Below are positions 12,551 through 24,280 of a stretch of DNA of 64,000 bases, in pieces. Numbering within the stretch: the first letter of the stretch is position 1; the number at the start of each line of letters is the position of its first letter. The position numbers and the translations under genes are program-made. Under the pieces are notes generated by a model. The model ran no database searches. It was not told the DNA's origin and saw only the letters and a program-made list of their open reading frames with translations. The DNA is from Betaproteobacteria bacterium (lineage in GTDB: Bacteria; Pseudomonadota; Gammaproteobacteria; Burkholderiales; SG8-39): contig JAJDOG010000095.1 in the NCBI GenBank assembly GCA_022340285.1, positions 30,678 through 94,677 on the forward strand. Reading direction: 5' to 3'.

Positions 12551-13525
12551 TCAAAAGTTTCGGTCCACTGCGAAGGCGGCCAAGTCTAGCAGAGCCTGCC
12601 GGTATTTTGAATCCGCTACGGCGCCAATCGCGGCGCAGGCGGCCTGCGCCTCGCGGCGCGCCTGCTCGCGCGCAAACTCGAGCGCGCCGGTTTCGCGAAT
12701 TGCCTCCAGGACCGCAGGGAACTCGTCGCGCCCGCCCTGCTCGATCGCGCGCCTGACCAGCGCGGCCTGCTCCGGAGAACCGCGCCGCATGACGTGAATG
12801 AGCGGCAGGGTCGGCTTGCCCTCGCTCAAGTCATCGCCCAGGTTCTTGCCGGTTTCCATGTGGTCGCCCGAGTAGTCCAGCACGTCGTCGATCACTTGAA
12901 ACGCGGTGCCCAGATGCATGCCGAAGGCGGCAAAACCTTCCTCGAGCACGCCCGGCACGCCGCCTAGGATGGCTCCCAGTCGCGCGGAGGCCTCGAAGAG
13001 CTTCGCCGTCTTGCGGCGGATCACTTCGAGGTACTGCTCTTCTCCGATCTCCGGATTGTGGGCGTTCAGAAGCTGGAGCACCTCGCCCTCGGCGATGGTG
13101 TTGGTCGCATCCGCGAGGACTTCCATCACGCGCATGCTCTGAACAGTGACCATCATCTGGAATGCGCGCGAATACAGGAAATCGCCGACCAGCACGCTGG
13201 CGGCGTTGCCGAACGCCGCGTTGGCCGTCTGGCGCCCGCGGCGCAGCTCGGACTCGTCCACGACGTCGTCGTGCAGCAGGGTGGCGGTATGAATGAATTC
13301 GACTACAGCGGCGAGTTCGTGCGCGTTTGGCCCGCGATGCCCGGATGCCCCGGCCGCCATCAACAGCATGGCCGGCCGAAGCCGCTTGCCGCCGCCCGCG
13401 ATGATGTACTGGGCAACCTGCCGGATCAGCACGACATCCGATTCGAGTCGTGCACGGATCACCGCATCGACCGCCTCGAGGTCGGAGGCAATCAACGCTT
13501 GGATGGCATCGAGGCGGTTGGACAA
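12551..13525 (-). CDS. ispB: Octaprenyl diphosphate synthase
   Basis: GGKRLRP, LLHDDVVD, FQVIDDVLD, GDDLSEGKPTLP; divergent from rplU; TTG start at 13525 inferred. Confidence 0.93.
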   Translation of the reverse strand: MSNRLDAIQALIASDLEAVDAVIRARLESDVVLIRQVAQYIIAGGGKRLRPAMLLMAAGASGHRGPNAHELAAVVEFIHTATLLHDDVVDESELRRGRQTANAAFGNAASVLVGDFLYSRAFQMMVTVQSMRVMEVLADATNTIAEGEVLQLLNAHNPEIGEEQYLEVIRRKTAKLFEASARLGAILGGVPGVLEEGFAAFGMHLGTAFQVIDDVLDYSGDHMETGKNLGDDLSEGKPTLPLIHVMRRGSPEQAALVRRAIEQGGRDEFPAVLEAIRETGALEFAREQARREAQAACAAIGAVADSKYRQALLDLAAFAVDRNF

Positions 13526-13670
13526 GAGTGCGGTCCCGATCAGATCAGATGAGCCGAACAAACGACCTGCAGGCGAAGTGCGCGGGCCCCGCCGGCGACC
13601 CCCGCCGAACCGCGCAAGCCGGGACGCTCGGGTGGGCTGGGGCGCGCCCGGCGAGAATATCACAACACCT

Positions 13671-13700
13671 TTGACGCCCGACCCCGTCCGCACTTATAAT
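13671..13700 (+). promoter_or_regulatory. Sigma-70 promoter of rplU-rpmA
   Basis: TTGACG (13671) - 18 bp - TATAAT (13695). Confidence 0.75.
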
Positions 13701-13765
13701 GCGCGGTTTTCGCAGGGAAAAACCCCGCAGGGAAACCCGCCGGGGCCTCACGGAGCGACTACATC

Positions 13766-14077
13766 ATGTATGCGGTGATCAGAACCGGCGGCAAGCAGTA
13801 TCGGGTGGCGGCCGGCGACAAGCTCAAGGTCGAGAAGCTCGCGGCAGACGTCGGCGCGGAGGTCACGCTCGAGCAGGTCCTGGCGCTCGGCGAGGGCGAG
13901 TCGGTGAAAGTCGGGGCCCCCCTGGTGACGGGCGCCGCGGTCAAGGCGACCGTGCTCGGTCACGGGCTCGGCGAGAAGGTGAAGATCTTCAAGCTCCGGC
14001 GGCGCAAGCACTACATGAAGACGCAGGGGCACCGCCAGCCTTACACCGAGATCGAGATCACCGGGATTTCCGGATAA
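13766..14077 (+). CDS. rplU: 50S ribosomal protein L21
   Basis: [14 protein letters not shown]...GHRQPYT, 103 aa. Confidence 0.98.
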   Translation: MYAVIRTGGKQYRVAAGDKLKVEKLAADVGAEVTLEQVLALGEGESVKVGAPLVTGAAVKATVLGHGLGEKVKIFKLRRRKHYMKTQGHRQPYTEIEITGISG

Positions 14078-14102
14078 GCAATCAGGAAAAAGGTACGGCA
14101 AG

Positions 14103-14360
14103 ATGGCACACAAGAAGGCAGGCGGCAGCTCGCGCAATGGCCGCGACTCTCAATCAAAGCGCCTCGGCGTGAAGCGTTACGGCGGCCAGGCGGTCGTACC
14201 GGGCAACATCCTGGTCCGGCAGCGCGGGACTCGCATGCATCCCGGTGAGAACGTCGGAATGGGCAGAGACCACACCCTGTTCGCCAAAGCGCCAGGCATT
14301 GTGCAGTTCACCCGCAAGGGTCCTGAACAGAAACACACGGTGAGCGTCATTCCTGGCTGA
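14103..14360 (+). CDS. rpmA: 50S ribosomal protein L27
   Basis: [16 protein letters not shown]...RQRGT. Confidence 0.98.
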   Translation: MAHKKAGGSSRNGRDSQSKRLGVKRYGGQAVVPGNILVRQRGTRMHPGENVGMGRDHTLFAKAPGIVQFTRKGPEQKHTVSVIPG

Positions 14361-14378
14361 CCGATCAGTCGAAGATCC

Positions 14379-14410
14379 AGGGCCCTGTCACGGTGATAGG
14401 GCCCTTTTTG
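14379..14410 (+). terminator. Intrinsic terminator after rpmA
   Basis: AGGGCCCTGTCA-CGG-TGATAGGGCCCT hairpin followed by a T-tract. Confidence 0.8.
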
Positions 14411-14459
14411 TTTCCGGTGATCCCAGTGTCTCCGGCGCTCAACCGGCACCCCGTCTCCC

Positions 14460-15473
14460 ATGAAGTTCGTCGACGAAGCGCGCATCGAGGTCCATGCCGG
14501 CAAGGGCGGGGACGGCGCCGTCTCCTTCCGCCGGGAAAAGTACGTCCCGCGGGGCGGACCGGACGGCGGCAACGGCGGTCGCGGCGGCACCATCCTTGCG
14601 CGCGCCGACCGCAACATCAACACGCTGATCGACTACCGGTACAAGCGCATCTTCCGGGCACAGGACGGGAAGAAGGGCCAGGGCAAGCAATGCGCCGGGC
14701 GCGGTGCCGACGACGTATGGCTGCGGGTCCCGGTCGGTACCATCGTGCGCGATCGCGCGACGGGAGTGCTGGTCGCGGACCTGACGAATCACGAGCAGGT
14801 TGCGGTGCTCGCGCGCGGCGGAAAAGGCGGCCTGGGCAACGTCAATTTCAAGTCCAGCACCAATCGAGCGCCCCGGCACGCGACGCCGGGAACGCCCGGC
14901 GAAAGTCGTGAGCTCTATCTGGAGCTCAAGGTGCTGGCGGACGTCGGGCTGCTCGGCATGCCGAACGCCGGCAAGTCGACTTTCATCCGTGCCGTATCGA
15001 GCGCCCGGCCCAAGGTGGCGGACTATCCATTCACCACGCTGAACCCGGGTCTTGGCGTCGTGCAGGTCGATATCGCGCGGAGTTTCGTCATCGCGGACAT
15101 CCCCGGACTGATCGAGGGCGCCGCGGAAGGCGCCGGACTCGGCCACCAGTTTCTGCGCCATCTCGCTCGCACCCGCCTGCTCCTGCATATCGTCGACATC
15201 GCGCCGGTCGATCCCCACACCGATCCGGTTCGCGAGGCACGTGCGATCGCCTCCGAGCTCAAACGATACGATTCGGCCCTCCACCGCAAGCCGCGCTGGC
15301 TCGTCCTCAACAAGGCAGACCTCGTCGGCGCCGGAGATCGCAGCCGGTTGGTGGGCGAATTTGCCCGGCGCCTGCGGTGGAAAGGGCCGATCTTCCTGAT
15401 TTCGGCCGCCACCGGCGAGGGCTGCCGCGAGCTCTGCTTTAAGATCATGGCGTTTCTGGAGGGCAGGCCATGA
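14460..15473 (+). CDS. obgE: GTPase ObgE/CgtA
   Basis: [42 protein letters not shown]. Confidence 0.97.
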   Translation: MKFVDEARIEVHAGKGGDGAVSFRREKYVPRGGPDGGNGGRGGTILARADRNINTLIDYRYKRIFRAQDGKKGQGKQCAGRGADDVWLRVPVGTIVRDRATGVLVADLTNHEQVAVLARGGKGGLGNVNFKSSTNRAPRHATPGTPGESRELYLELKVLADVGLLGMPNAGKSTFIRAVSSARPKVADYPFTTLNPGLGVVQVDIARSFVIADIPGLIEGAAEGAGLGHQFLRHLARTRLLLHIVDIAPVDPHTDPVREARAIASELKRYDSALHRKPRWLVLNKADLVGAGDRSRLVGEFARRLRWKGPIFLISAATGEGCRELCFKIMAFLEGRP

Positions 15474-16588
15474 ACCCGCGCGTGCGCGACGGACGTCGGA
15501 TCGTCGTGAAGGTCGGCTCGGCACTGGTGACCAACGAGGGCGCCGGGCTCGATCGCGATGCGATCGCTCGCTGGGCAGCGCAGGTATCGGAGCTGCGCAC
15601 CGCGGGCAAGGAAGTGGTCCTCGTATCGAGCGGTGCGATCGCCGAGGGCATGCAGCGCCTGGGCTGGCGCAAGCGGCCGCACATGATGCACGACCTCCAG
15701 GCCGCGGCGGCCGTGGGCCAGATGGGATTGATCCAGGTCTACGAGAGCTGCTTTCGCGAGCACGGGATGCGCACCGCACAGGTCCTGCTCACGCATGGCG
15801 ACCTCGCCGACCGTCAGCGCTACCTGAACGCCCGTTCCACGCTACGCACCCTGATCGGGCTGGGCGTCATCCCCGTGGTGAACGAGAACGACACCGTCGT
15901 CACCGACGAGATCCGGTTCGGCGACAACGACACGCTTGCCGCGCTGGTGACCAATCTGATCGAGGCCGACTGTCTGTTCATCCTCACCGACCAGCAGGGA
16001 CTGCACACTGCGGATCCGCGCCGTGACCCGGGCGCGACGCTCGTGCGGGAGGCCTCGGCAGGCGACCCGGCGCTGGAGACGCAGGCGGGGGGCGCCGGCA
16101 GCATCATCGGGCGTGGCGGCATGCTCACCAAGATCCTCGCCGCCAAGCGCGCGGCCCGCAGCGGCGCGCATACCGTTATCGCATCCGGACGCGAGCCGGA
16201 TGTGTTGTTGCGCCTGGCGGCCGGCGAAACGATCGGCACGTTCCTGGCGGCCGGCACTGCGCCGCTCGCCGCGCGCAAGCAGTGGCTGGCGGACCACGTC
16301 CAGGTCAGCGGCCGGCTGCGTCTCGACGCCGGCGCAGTACGCGCCCTGATGCAGGATCGCAAGAGTCTCCTGCCGATCGGCGTGAAAGGCGTGGACGGCG
16401 AGTTCGAGCGCGGCGCCGTCGTGGCCTGCTTCTCGCCCGACGGACACGAGATTGCGCGCGGCCTGGTCAACTACAGCTCGACCGAATCGCGACGCATCAT
16501 GGGGCATGCCTCGAAGGAAATCGATCGGATCCTGGGATACGTGGACGAACCCGAGCTGATCGACCGGGACAATCTGGTATTGCTCTAA
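15470..16588 (+). CDS. proB: Glutamate 5-kinase
   Basis: VVKVGSA, VSSGAI, NENDTV, FGDNDTL, GGMLTK and C-terminal PUA domain. Confidence 0.97.
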   Translation: MNPRVRDGRRIVVKVGSALVTNEGAGLDRDAIARWAAQVSELRTAGKEVVLVSSGAIAEGMQRLGWRKRPHMMHDLQAAAAVGQMGLIQVYESCFREHGMRTAQVLLTHGDLADRQRYLNARSTLRTLIGLGVIPVVNENDTVVTDEIRFGDNDTLAALVTNLIEADCLFILTDQQGLHTADPRRDPGATLVREASAGDPALETQAGGAGSIIGRGGMLTKILAAKRAARSGAHTVIASGREPDVLLRLAAGETIGTFLAAGTAPLAARKQWLADHVQVSGRLRLDAGAVRALMQDRKSLLPIGVKGVDGEFERGAVVACFSPDGHEIARGLVNYSSTESRRIMGHASKEIDRILGYVDEPELIDRDNLVLL

Positions 16589-16611
16589 CGCGAACTGAGT
16601 CGCGTGATCCG

Positions 16612-17202
16612 TTACTCGCCGAGCGGGGTCAGCTGAAAAGTTTCGGCCCCGGCTCTCGGATGCTCCCCGACCTTGAGCGCCGCGATCGCTTCACCCGTCG
16701 ACTTCACTGCCTGTCGCATCGGGCAGAAGAAGTCGTTGTAGAGGACATAGATCGGCCCTTCGACTGTCGGCTGGCCGATTTTCCTCCACTCCACGCCGCG
16801 TGGTTCGTGCCAGGACCCGTCGGGGCGTCCATACGCATAGATCTTGCGCTCGCGCGTCGTGCAACGGATGCCTTCATAGGTCACGTTCTTGGCACCCATG
16901 TCGCTCTTCACGACGAGGACGTAACGAATGACGCCATCCTCTCCGACCTTGAGCGACGTCTGGTCGACAAAGTGCTCGAATCCGCGCCGCGCGGGTCCGG
17001 CATCGAAGGGAATGAGATTCTCTGACTTCGGCGCCGCCGGCAGGGTGACCTTGTTCTCCTGGAGCGGTTTCTCGGTGAAGTCGGTAACGTCCAGCGCGGG
17101 ATCCCGCATCTGCTCGTCCTGACCAATCGCCTGGGGAATGGCGAGCGCGTTTAGCGCCGTCGCGGCAAGCAAAGCACCGAGCGTGCTTTTCGCGCGCCTC
17201 AT
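16612..17202 (-). CDS. CNP1-like family secreted protein
   Basis: Signal peptide; DGVIRYVLVV...NVTYEGIRC.T.E.K.YAYG...FC pattern. Confidence 0.75.
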   Translation of the reverse strand: MRRAKSTLGALLAATALNALAIPQAIGQDEQMRDPALDVTDFTEKPLQENKVTLPAAPKSENLIPFDAGPARRGFEHFVDQTSLKVGEDGVIRYVLVVKSDMGAKNVTYEGIRCTTRERKIYAYGRPDGSWHEPRGVEWRKIGQPTVEGPIYVLYNDFFCPMRQAVKSTGEAIAALKVGEHPRAGAETFQLTPLGE

Positions 17203-17792
17203 GCGAGGTCGTTCACCAGGGAGCGGCGGATGTTCTCGGGCACCGGCGCGAGCGTGGCCGTGTAGTGCGGATGGTCGACGCCGATCGCAAGACCCGCGCC
17301 GCGCTTGAGGGCACCGGCCATTTCGTCGGAAAGCTCGAAGCGCAGGAAGTGGACCGACGAGGTCTTCTCCTCAGTCTCGCGCTCGAGATCCTCGTCGGCA
17401 ATGGCGTACACCCGCTTGCAATCCTCGACCTGGACCCATACGCGGTCCTCGATTCCCCTGAGCACCGCCAGCCGCTCGCGGCGCTCCTGGACGTCGGGAT
17501 ACTCGATCATGAGCGTGGCCTTGAAGTTGCGGCCATCCGGAATCATAGGATTGTATACGTCCAGCTCTTCCTGGATCCCCGCTTCCTCGAAGATGCGCTC
17601 CGCGCGCAGCATCTCCTGGATCTGATAGCGCATCGTGAGCTCGTCCTCGAAAATCAGCGTCACGTGATCGCCCAGGTGGACCGCGCGGTCTTTCTTGTGC
17701 GACATGACCCGCGCGCGGAACGCGTTGCGCTCCCTCGCGTAGGTCTCCAGCGTCATCAGGCTTCCTCTTTCGATCTTAGGCATTGTGAGCAT
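17199..17792 (-). CDS. DUF3501 family protein
   Basis: FEDELTMRYQIQEMLRAE, YNPMIPDG, KTSSVHFLRFE; follows rubrerythrin and Fe-S oxidoreductase. Confidence 0.88.
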   Translation of the reverse strand: MLTMPKIERGSLMTLETYARERNAFRARVMSHKKDRAVHLGDHVTLIFEDELTMRYQIQEMLRAERIFEEAGIQEELDVYNPMIPDGRNFKATLMIEYPDVQERRERLAVLRGIEDRVWVQVEDCKRVYAIADEDLERETEEKTSSVHFLRFELSDEMAGALKRGAGLAIGVDHPHYTATLAPVPENIRRSLVNDLA

Positions 17793-17866
17793 GGTTGGCT
17801 TGTCAACTTCGACTCTGTCAGCATCGGTGGTTCGTTATCTTGACCACTCTCAGCGTGGATGGTTCG

Positions 17867-19195
17867 TCACAGTCCATAGGCGATTCGCAGCAGCGACAGC
17901 GGATGCTCCTTGCGGGCCCGCGTTTCGCCCACCGCCTGCATGATCTGGCGCGCTGCCATGGCGCAATCCGAGCTGACGTAGTCGGGCTCCGACTCCGCCA
18001 CCGCACGCGCGACTGGCCGCGCGATCTTCATCGAAGCCTGAAAGAACTCGGATTTCACGCCCCAAGTCCCGTCGTGCCCCGCACAGCGCTCGATCGTGCG
18101 CACCTCCGTGCCGGGGATCTGCTGGAGTAGCTCCCGGGTCTTCTGGCCGATGTTCTGCACCCGGGCGTGGCAGGGGATGTGATAGGCCACCTTGCCGAGG
18201 CGCTCCCGGAAGTCCGTCTTGAAAAGCCCGTCCTTGTTCCTAAGAACGAAATATTCGAAGGGCTCGAACATCGCGTCCGCCACCAGCCGAACGTCCGCGT
18301 CGTCGGGGAACAGGAGCGGAAGCTCGTTCCGGAACATGAGCGTGCACGACGGCACTGCCGTCAGAATCGCGTAACCATCGCGCGCCAGCCGGGCGAGCGG
18401 CGGAATGTTGATGTCTTTCAACCTTTCGACGGACTCCAGATCGCCCAGCTCGAGCTTCGGCATGCCACAGCAGGCTTCCTTCTCGACCAGTACGTGCGGA
18501 ATCTCGTTGTGGTCGAGTACCTTGAGGAGATCGTGCCCGATGCCGGGCTCGTTGTAGTTGATGTAGCAGGTTGCAAAGATCGCGACCTTGCCCGGAGTGC
18601 GCTGGCCATCCCGTACCGCGTAGGCGGCGGAGTCCGCTGCTTTGGCGCGGAATCTGGCAGGCGTGTAAGGCGGGAGCTCGCGGTCGCGATGCACGCCGAG
18701 TGTCTTGTCCATCAAGGTCCGTGCAGCCCGATTGCCGTTGACCGCGTTCACGGTCTGTGCCACCACCGGGATGGCCGCCAGCTTGCCCAGCGCATCGGTG
18801 CTCGTCAGCAGCCGGTCCCGAAAGCTTGCGCCGTGCTCGCGGAAACCGGCCGCCTTGGCGCGCAGCATCAAGTGGGGAAAATCGACGTTCCACTCGTGCG
18901 GCGGAACGTACGGGCACTTCGTCATGTAGCACAGATCGCAGAGGTAGCACTGGTCCACGACCTTCGCATAATCCGCCGTCGCAACACTTTCGACCTCGCC
19001 CGTCTCGCCATTGTCGACGAGATCGAAGAGCGTAGGGAACGCATTGCAAAGACTCACGCATCGTCGGCATCCGTGGCAGATGTCGAAGACGCGGTGCAGC
19101 TCCGCGTTCAGCTTCCCCTCGTCGTAGAAATCAGGGGATTTCCAGGCGATGGGGTGCCGTGTAGGCGCTTCCAGACTACCTTCGCGTGCGGTCAT
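17867..19195 (-). CDS. Rubrerythrin-associated Fe-S oxidoreductase (GlpC/CCG family)
   Basis: [36 protein letters not shown] motifs. Confidence 0.88.
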   Translation of the reverse strand: MTAREGSLEAPTRHPIAWKSPDFYDEGKLNAELHRVFDICHGCRRCVSLCNAFPTLFDLVDNGETGEVESVATADYAKVVDQCYLCDLCYMTKCPYVPPHEWNVDFPHLMLRAKAAGFREHGASFRDRLLTSTDALGKLAAIPVVAQTVNAVNGNRAARTLMDKTLGVHRDRELPPYTPARFRAKAADSAAYAVRDGQRTPGKVAIFATCYINYNEPGIGHDLLKVLDHNEIPHVLVEKEACCGMPKLELGDLESVERLKDINIPPLARLARDGYAILTAVPSCTLMFRNELPLLFPDDADVRLVADAMFEPFEYFVLRNKDGLFKTDFRERLGKVAYHIPCHARVQNIGQKTRELLQQIPGTEVRTIERCAGHDGTWGVKSEFFQASMKIARPVARAVAESEPDYVSSDCAMAARQIMQAVGETRARKEHPLSLLRIAYGL

Positions 19196-19226
19196 CAGCG
19201 TCGTCGGGCGGATGGATCAGGAAAGC

Positions 19227-19253
19227 GAGAGAGCGGCCTCGAGCCGCTCTCTC
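19227..19253. terminator. Intergenic hairpin after rubrerythrin (terminator or mRNA-stabilising stem)
   Basis: GAGAGAGCGGC-CTCGA-GCCGCTCTCTC, 11-bp perfect stem with only a weak U-tract. Confidence 0.5.
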
Positions 19254-19275
19254 CTGGGCGGCCGGCAAGTACTGC

Positions 19276-19701
19276 TCAGTCGGTCAACTGGTCGATGGCC
19301 TTCTGGAAGCGGTTGGCATGCGAGCGCTCCGCTTTTGCAAGCGTCTCGAACCAGTCGGCGATCTCGTCGAAACCTTCCCCGCGCGCCGCCTTGGCCATAC
19401 CGGGGTACATGTCGGTGTACTCGTGCGTCTCGCCAGCGACGGCGGACTTCAGATTCTCGCGCGTGGCGCCGATGGGCAGATCGGTCGCCGGATCGCCCAC
19501 CTGCTCGAGATACTCGAGGTGTCCGTGCGCATGACCCGTTTCGCCCTCCGCAGTCGAGCGGAACAGCGCGGCGACATCATTCTGACCTTCGATGTCGGCT
19601 TTGTTCGCGAAGTACAGATAGCGGCGGTTCGCCTGCGATTCCCCGGCGAACGCAGCTTTCAGATTCTCGTGGGTCTTGGATCCTTTGAGCGATTTGGCCA
19701 T
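19276..19701 (-). CDS. rbr: Rubrerythrin (short, no rubredoxin domain)
   Basis: [40 protein letters not shown]; ATG at 19701 preceded by AAGGAGG. Confidence 0.93.
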   Translation of the reverse strand: MAKSLKGSKTHENLKAAFAGESQANRRYLYFANKADIEGQNDVAALFRSTAEGETGHAHGHLEYLEQVGDPATDLPIGATRENLKSAVAGETHEYTDMYPGMAKAARGEGFDEIADWFETLAKAERSHANRFQKAIDQLTD

Positions 19702-19916
19702 GACTACCTCCTTAGCAAGATGAGCGTGACGACGATGCGTACGGGTTGGAAAGGGGGCGCATTTGCCGGGAACCAAACCGGTACACGCGGAACCGGTCGA
19801 TTCGAAGCCAAACTCGACCCCCTCTTAGGAATCCGTGGATAGATAGACTTAATCTAATCCTTGGAAAAAGTATAGATGAGTCGCGGCTTGCCTGTCAATC
19901 GCCCGAACGATCGACC

Positions 19917-20501
19917 TCAGCGCAGCGCCGCCTCGACTTCCGCGAAGGTGCTGGCGATCTCCGGCGCCTCGAGCGCGATGCCGAGCGCGGCGGCAATATG
20001 AGTAAGCGAAAACATTCCCCGCACGAAATCACCATCGGGCCGCGATTCGACCACCAGGGTGTGCTGACGCCCGGCATGCGCCAGCGTGGCGACGATGTGA
20101 CCGAGTTTCGCCGTTTCCACGTCCTCGATTCGCAGTGCCTCGAGACGCTCTGCCGGCGTCATCACGTCGCGGACCAGAACCTCCGTGTAGGCAATCTTTC
20201 GCTCGAGTGCGACATTCACCGGCCGCTCCCCCAGCACATCGTTGGCCGTGATGATTCCCAGCACGCGCTGGCTCGGGTCGCCGACCAGCAGCGATCGTAC
20301 GGCGCGCCTGATCATGAACTGGTTGGCCTCGTCGACGGTGGCGCCGGGCTCGATTGTCGCGGGTGGAACCACCAGGAAATCGGTCATGAGGTCCCCCGCT
20401 GGGGAGTCGAGGCCAAGACGCGCCGCGTCACGCTTTGGCGCGGGGAGTCGGGTACCGGGAACAAGCAGCGGGGAAGTAAGCGGAGTGTAGTCACGCGGCA
20501 C
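19917..20501 (-). CDS. CBS-domain protein
   Basis: Tandem CBS repeats (LMTDF...VRSLLV...GIITANDV; VRDVMTP...RGMFS). Confidence 0.8.
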   Translation of the reverse strand: MPRDYTPLTSPLLVPGTRLPAPKRDAARLGLDSPAGDLMTDFLVVPPATIEPGATVDEANQFMIRRAVRSLLVGDPSQRVLGIITANDVLGERPVNVALERKIAYTEVLVRDVMTPAERLEALRIEDVETAKLGHIVATLAHAGRQHTLVVESRPDGDFVRGMFSLTHIAAALGIALEAPEIASTFAEVEAALR

Positions 20502-20549
20502 GATGCACCTCCTTGGCGCCTGAAGACGAGTCGGTCGAGAGTCCGGTTC

Positions 20550-21155
20550 TCATTCGGACAGCACCGCGGTGAGATTCGTTCGGACCGCCCGTGCTGCTCC
20601 GGGCCCGAACCGGCTCCTGCCATGAACGTAATTGTCGCAGAACGCGAACTCGAATCGAAGGTCTCCTAGTCCCAGTGCACCCAGCAAGCGGTTCTCGAAC
20701 GAGTAGTCGTCGGCATGCGCGACGAGCGTCGGCCAGTCTTGATGATCGAGAATCGGCCCGAAAAAAATCATCGACGGGCTCGCCCTGACACGCAAGGCAC
20801 AGCTTCCCCGGGTGCGACCTGACATCGGGAGAAAATCGATATCTCGCACGAGACGGACCTTTCGGTCGACCTGCTGATCGATCGGCACGTTGATCAGCGG
20901 AGCTTCCTCGACCGACGCGATGACGGCAGCGCCGCTCGTACGCCACCTCCCCGCGTCGCCGGCTCCAAACACGCTTGGGACGAATACGAAGCGCAGCGGC
21001 GCCACCGCCTCGAGCCGCTCGTGCAAGCTGGATTCGAACGGCGGCGCGTTGATCAGCACTCCGCCCGCGCGCTCGTCCGTCAGGTAGAAGCAGGCCGGGG
21101 TCGTGCCTGGCAGATAAAACACGCGCCGGTTCGGAAGGCTGATGAGCTCGACCAC
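20550..21155 (-). CDS. Hypothetical protein with degenerate metallo-beta-lactamase-like fold
   Basis: YL...GVLINAPP, FVFVPS....D, GRTRGS positions resemble MBL fold but the His ligands are missing. Confidence 0.55.
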   Translation of the reverse strand: MVELISLPNRRVFYLPGTTPACFYLTDERAGGVLINAPPFESSLHERLEAVAPLRFVFVPSVFGAGDAGRWRTSGAAVIASVEEAPLINVPIDQQVDRKVRLVRDIDFLPMSGRTRGSCALRVRASPSMIFFGPILDHQDWPTLVAHADDYSFENRLLGALGLGDLRFEFAFCDNYVHGRSRFGPGAARAVRTNLTAVLSE

Positions 21156-21203
21156 GTTCAGTGCCTCTCCAGCGCGATTGCCCAGGAGAGTGCCGGGCGC
21201 CGA

Positions 21204-21782
21204 TCAGTGCCCGCTACCGTTCGGCGGTTCCGATCCTCGTCGGAGCGATGCGCTCTCGAGCGCATGGCGGGGCCCGGCCGAATCGCGACGGTAACCGAAC
21301 CGGCGCCGATCGCGCACAAGATGGCGTGCGAGTTCGGTCAGCGCCTGCTGATAGACCTCGCGCTTGAACTCGATCACGCTTTCGAGCGGCACCCAGTACT
21401 CGCTCCAGCGCCACGCGTCGAACTCGGGCTTGGGCGACGCACGCAGACACACGTCGCAGTCCCGTCCGGTGAGCCTCAGCAAGAACCAGATCTGCTTCTG
21501 GCCTCTGTAGGCGCCACGCCACTCCCTGCGGATCCACTGCGCGGGTACCTCGTAGCGCAGCCAGCCGCGCGTGCGACCGAGAATCGCCACGTGCTGCGGT
21601 TGCAGTCCGACCTCTTCGCGCAGCTCCCGGTACATCGCATCCACCGGCGACTCGCCGTGCTTGATGCCTCCCTGGGGAAACTGCCAGGAATGCTCGTTGA
21701 CGCGCTTGCCCCAGAAGACCTCATCCCGTCCGTTACACAGGACGATGCCGACGTTCGGGCGGTATCCGTCTCGGTCGAGCAT
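21204..21782 (-). CDS. rppH: RNA pyrophosphohydrolase
   Basis: [20 protein letters not shown], Nudix box [18 protein letters not shown]. Confidence 0.96.
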   Translation of the reverse strand: MLDRDGYRPNVGIVLCNGRDEVFWGKRVNEHSWQFPQGGIKHGESPVDAMYRELREEVGLQPQHVAILGRTRGWLRYEVPAQWIRREWRGAYRGQKQIWFLLRLTGRDCDVCLRASPKPEFDAWRWSEYWVPLESVIEFKREVYQQALTELARHLVRDRRRFGYRRDSAGPRHALESASLRRGSEPPNGSGH

Positions 21783-21955
21783 GCCCCGGAACTCCTAGAG
21801 AACCCCTGAATCGTTGTTTCGTGGCCATTCTTTCACAATTCCGTAACCGTGCAAAGCAACCGGGCACCCAGCGTACTCCGTACCGCTGCGCCAGCGGCGC
21901 CGTCAGAGTCAAAAATGGGATCGAGTAGAATTTGGCGTTACCAGGAACGGATCCG

Positions 21956-23665
21956 ATGCGCTTAAGTCGATACTTCATCCCCACGCTCAAGGAGGCGCCG
22001 GCCGAAGCCGAGCTCGTGAGCCACCAGCTCATGCTCCGCGCCGGGCTCATCCGGCGGCTCGGCAGCGGTCTCTACACGTGGTTGCCGCTCGGTTTGCGCG
22101 TGCTGCGCAGAGTCGAGCAGGTGATCCGTGAGGAGATGAATGCCGCGGGTGCGATGGAAGTGTTCATGCCCGCCGTGCAGCCTGCCGAACTGTGGCAGGA
22201 GACCGGCCGCTGGGACGTGTTCGGACCGCTGATGCTACGAATGAAGGATCGCCATGAGCGCGACTTCTGCTTCGGCCCGACGCACGAGGAAGTGATCACC
22301 GACATCGCCCGCCGCGAGATCAAGAGCTACCGGCAGCTCCCCGTCAACTTCTATCAGATTCAGACCAAGTTCCGCGACGAGATTCGGCCGCGCTTCGGCG
22401 TGATGCGCGCGCGGGAGTTCAGCATGAAGGACGCTTATTCGTTCGACGCCGACAAGGCCGGCCTCGCGAAGAGTTATCAGGCCATGTTCGATGCGTACAC
22501 GCGGATCTTCACGCGGCTGGGCCTGCGCTTTCGCGCGGTTGCAGCCGACACCGGCGCAATCGGCGGAAGCGCGTCCCACGAGTTCCAGGTGATCGCCGAC
22601 TCCGGTGAGGACGCGATCGCCTACTCTACCGACTCCGGCTACGCGGCCAACGTCGAGCTTGCCGAGGCCCTCGCGCCGGCTGCGCCCCGGCCAGCCGCCG
22701 CTCGACCGATGGAGAAGGTTCCGACGCCCGGGAAGGTCCGCTGCGAGGATGTCGCCGCGCTGCTCGGCGCGCCCCTCGCAACGACGGTGAAGGCGATCGC
22801 CGTGATGCACGACGACGAGTTCTGGCTGCTTCTGGTTCGAGGCGATCACACGCTGAACGAGGTCAAGGCGTCGAAAGTGCCCGGACTCGCGCCGTTCCGG
22901 TTCGCGACGGAGGCGGAGATCGAGCGGCACCTGCATTGCAAGCCCGGCTACATCGGTCCCGTGGGCCTTGCGCCCGAATTGCGAGTCGTCGCGGACCGCT
23001 CGGTGGCCGCAATGGCCGACTTCGTCTGCGGCGCAAACGAGGAAGGGTTCCACTTCACGGGGGTCAATTTCGCGCGCGACCTCCCGGAGCCCGCCGCGGT
23101 GGCCGACCTACGCAATGTCGTGCCGGGGGATCCGAGTCCCGACGGCAAGGGAACGCTCCAGATCGCGCGCGGCATCGAGGTCGGCCACGTTTTCGCGCTC
23201 GGCACGAAGTATTCCGAGGCGATGGGCGCGAGTTTTCTCGACGAGCAAGGTCAGCCCCACCCCCCGGAAATGGGCTGTTATGGCATCGGCGTCACGCGGG
23301 TCGTCGGCGCCGCGATCGAGCAGAATTACGACGAGCGCGGAATCATCTGGCCGACACCGATGGCGCCGTTCCAGCTCGGCCTCGTGCCGATCGGGTACCA
23401 CAAGATCGACGCAGTGCGCGAAGCGACCGAAAACCTGTACCGCCAGCTGACGGAGGCCGGCATCGAGGTGCTGCTCGACGACCGTGCGGAGCGTCCGGGA
23501 GTGATGTTCGCGGACATGGAGCTGATCGGACTGCCGCACCGCGTGGTGATCAGCGAGCGCGGGCTGAAGGAAGGCCAGATCGAGTACCAGGGACGCCGCG
23601 ATGCGGCGGGCGAGAAGCTCGACTGCCGCAACGCGATCGCACTGCTGAGCGAAAGGATTTCATGA
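21956..23665 (+). CDS. proS: Proline--tRNA ligase
   Basis: [38 protein letters not shown]; INS editing domain. Confidence 0.97.
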   Translation: MRLSRYFIPTLKEAPAEAELVSHQLMLRAGLIRRLGSGLYTWLPLGLRVLRRVEQVIREEMNAAGAMEVFMPAVQPAELWQETGRWDVFGPLMLRMKDRHERDFCFGPTHEEVITDIARREIKSYRQLPVNFYQIQTKFRDEIRPRFGVMRAREFSMKDAYSFDADKAGLAKSYQAMFDAYTRIFTRLGLRFRAVAADTGAIGGSASHEFQVIADSGEDAIAYSTDSGYAANVELAEALAPAAPRPAAARPMEKVPTPGKVRCEDVAALLGAPLATTVKAIAVMHDDEFWLLLVRGDHTLNEVKASKVPGLAPFRFATEAEIERHLHCKPGYIGPVGLAPELRVVADRSVAAMADFVCGANEEGFHFTGVNFARDLPEPAAVADLRNVVPGDPSPDGKGTLQIARGIEVGHVFALGTKYSEAMGASFLDEQGQPHPPEMGCYGIGVTRVVGAAIEQNYDERGIIWPTPMAPFQLGLVPIGYHKIDAVREATENLYRQLTEAGIEVLLDDRAERPGVMFADMELIGLPHRVVISERGLKEGQIEYQGRRDAAGEKLDCRNAIALLSERIS

Positions 23666-24264
23666 GGGCGATTGCCCGCGCCCTCCCCCTCTGCCTTGCC
23701 CTGGCTGCATCACAGTCGTTCGGCGGCGCGCAGCTCTACGAGCCGCTCTCCGCGAGCGTCCAGGCGGCGCTTTCGCGGGCGGTCTCCGACCGCGGGGTTC
23801 CCGAGGTCGTCTTCGCGAATCCGGCGGACGGCGAGCGCTGGCTGGCCGAGATGTCCAGCCGGCTCGAGAAACGAATTCCCGATCCCGCCGCGCGCGAAGA
23901 GTTTCTGAAAACCGTCCATTACGAAGCGGTGCGCGCCGGTCTGAACCCGCAGTTGATCCTCGGGGTGATCCAGGTGGAGAGCGCGTTTCGAAAATACGCC
24001 GTATCCAGGGCAGGTGCGCGCGGCTACATGCAAGTGATGCCGTTCTGGGTCAAGCTGATCGGAACGAGCGAGCACAATCTCTTTCACCTGCGCACCAACC
24101 TCCGCTACGGCTGCACGATCCTGCGCCATTACCTGGATATCGAGAAAGGCGACCTTTTTCGCGCCCTCGGCCGCTATAACGGCACACTGGGAAAGGCCGA
24201 TTACCCCAACCGGGTGATTCGGACGTGGCACGGCAATTTTCGTTACGACGGCAAGCTGCGCTGA
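23662..24264 (+). CDS. Lytic transglycosylase (SLT domain)
   Basis: [39 protein letters not shown]; overlaps proS stop. Confidence 0.9.
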   Translation: MRAIARALPLCLALAASQSFGGAQLYEPLSASVQAALSRAVSDRGVPEVVFANPADGERWLAEMSSRLEKRIPDPAAREEFLKTVHYEAVRAGLNPQLILGVIQVESAFRKYAVSRAGARGYMQVMPFWVKLIGTSEHNLFHLRTNLRYGCTILRHYLDIEKGDLFRALGRYNGTLGKADYPNRVIRTWHGNFRYDGKLR

Positions 24265-24280
24265 GCGAGCGGCTGCGCCG

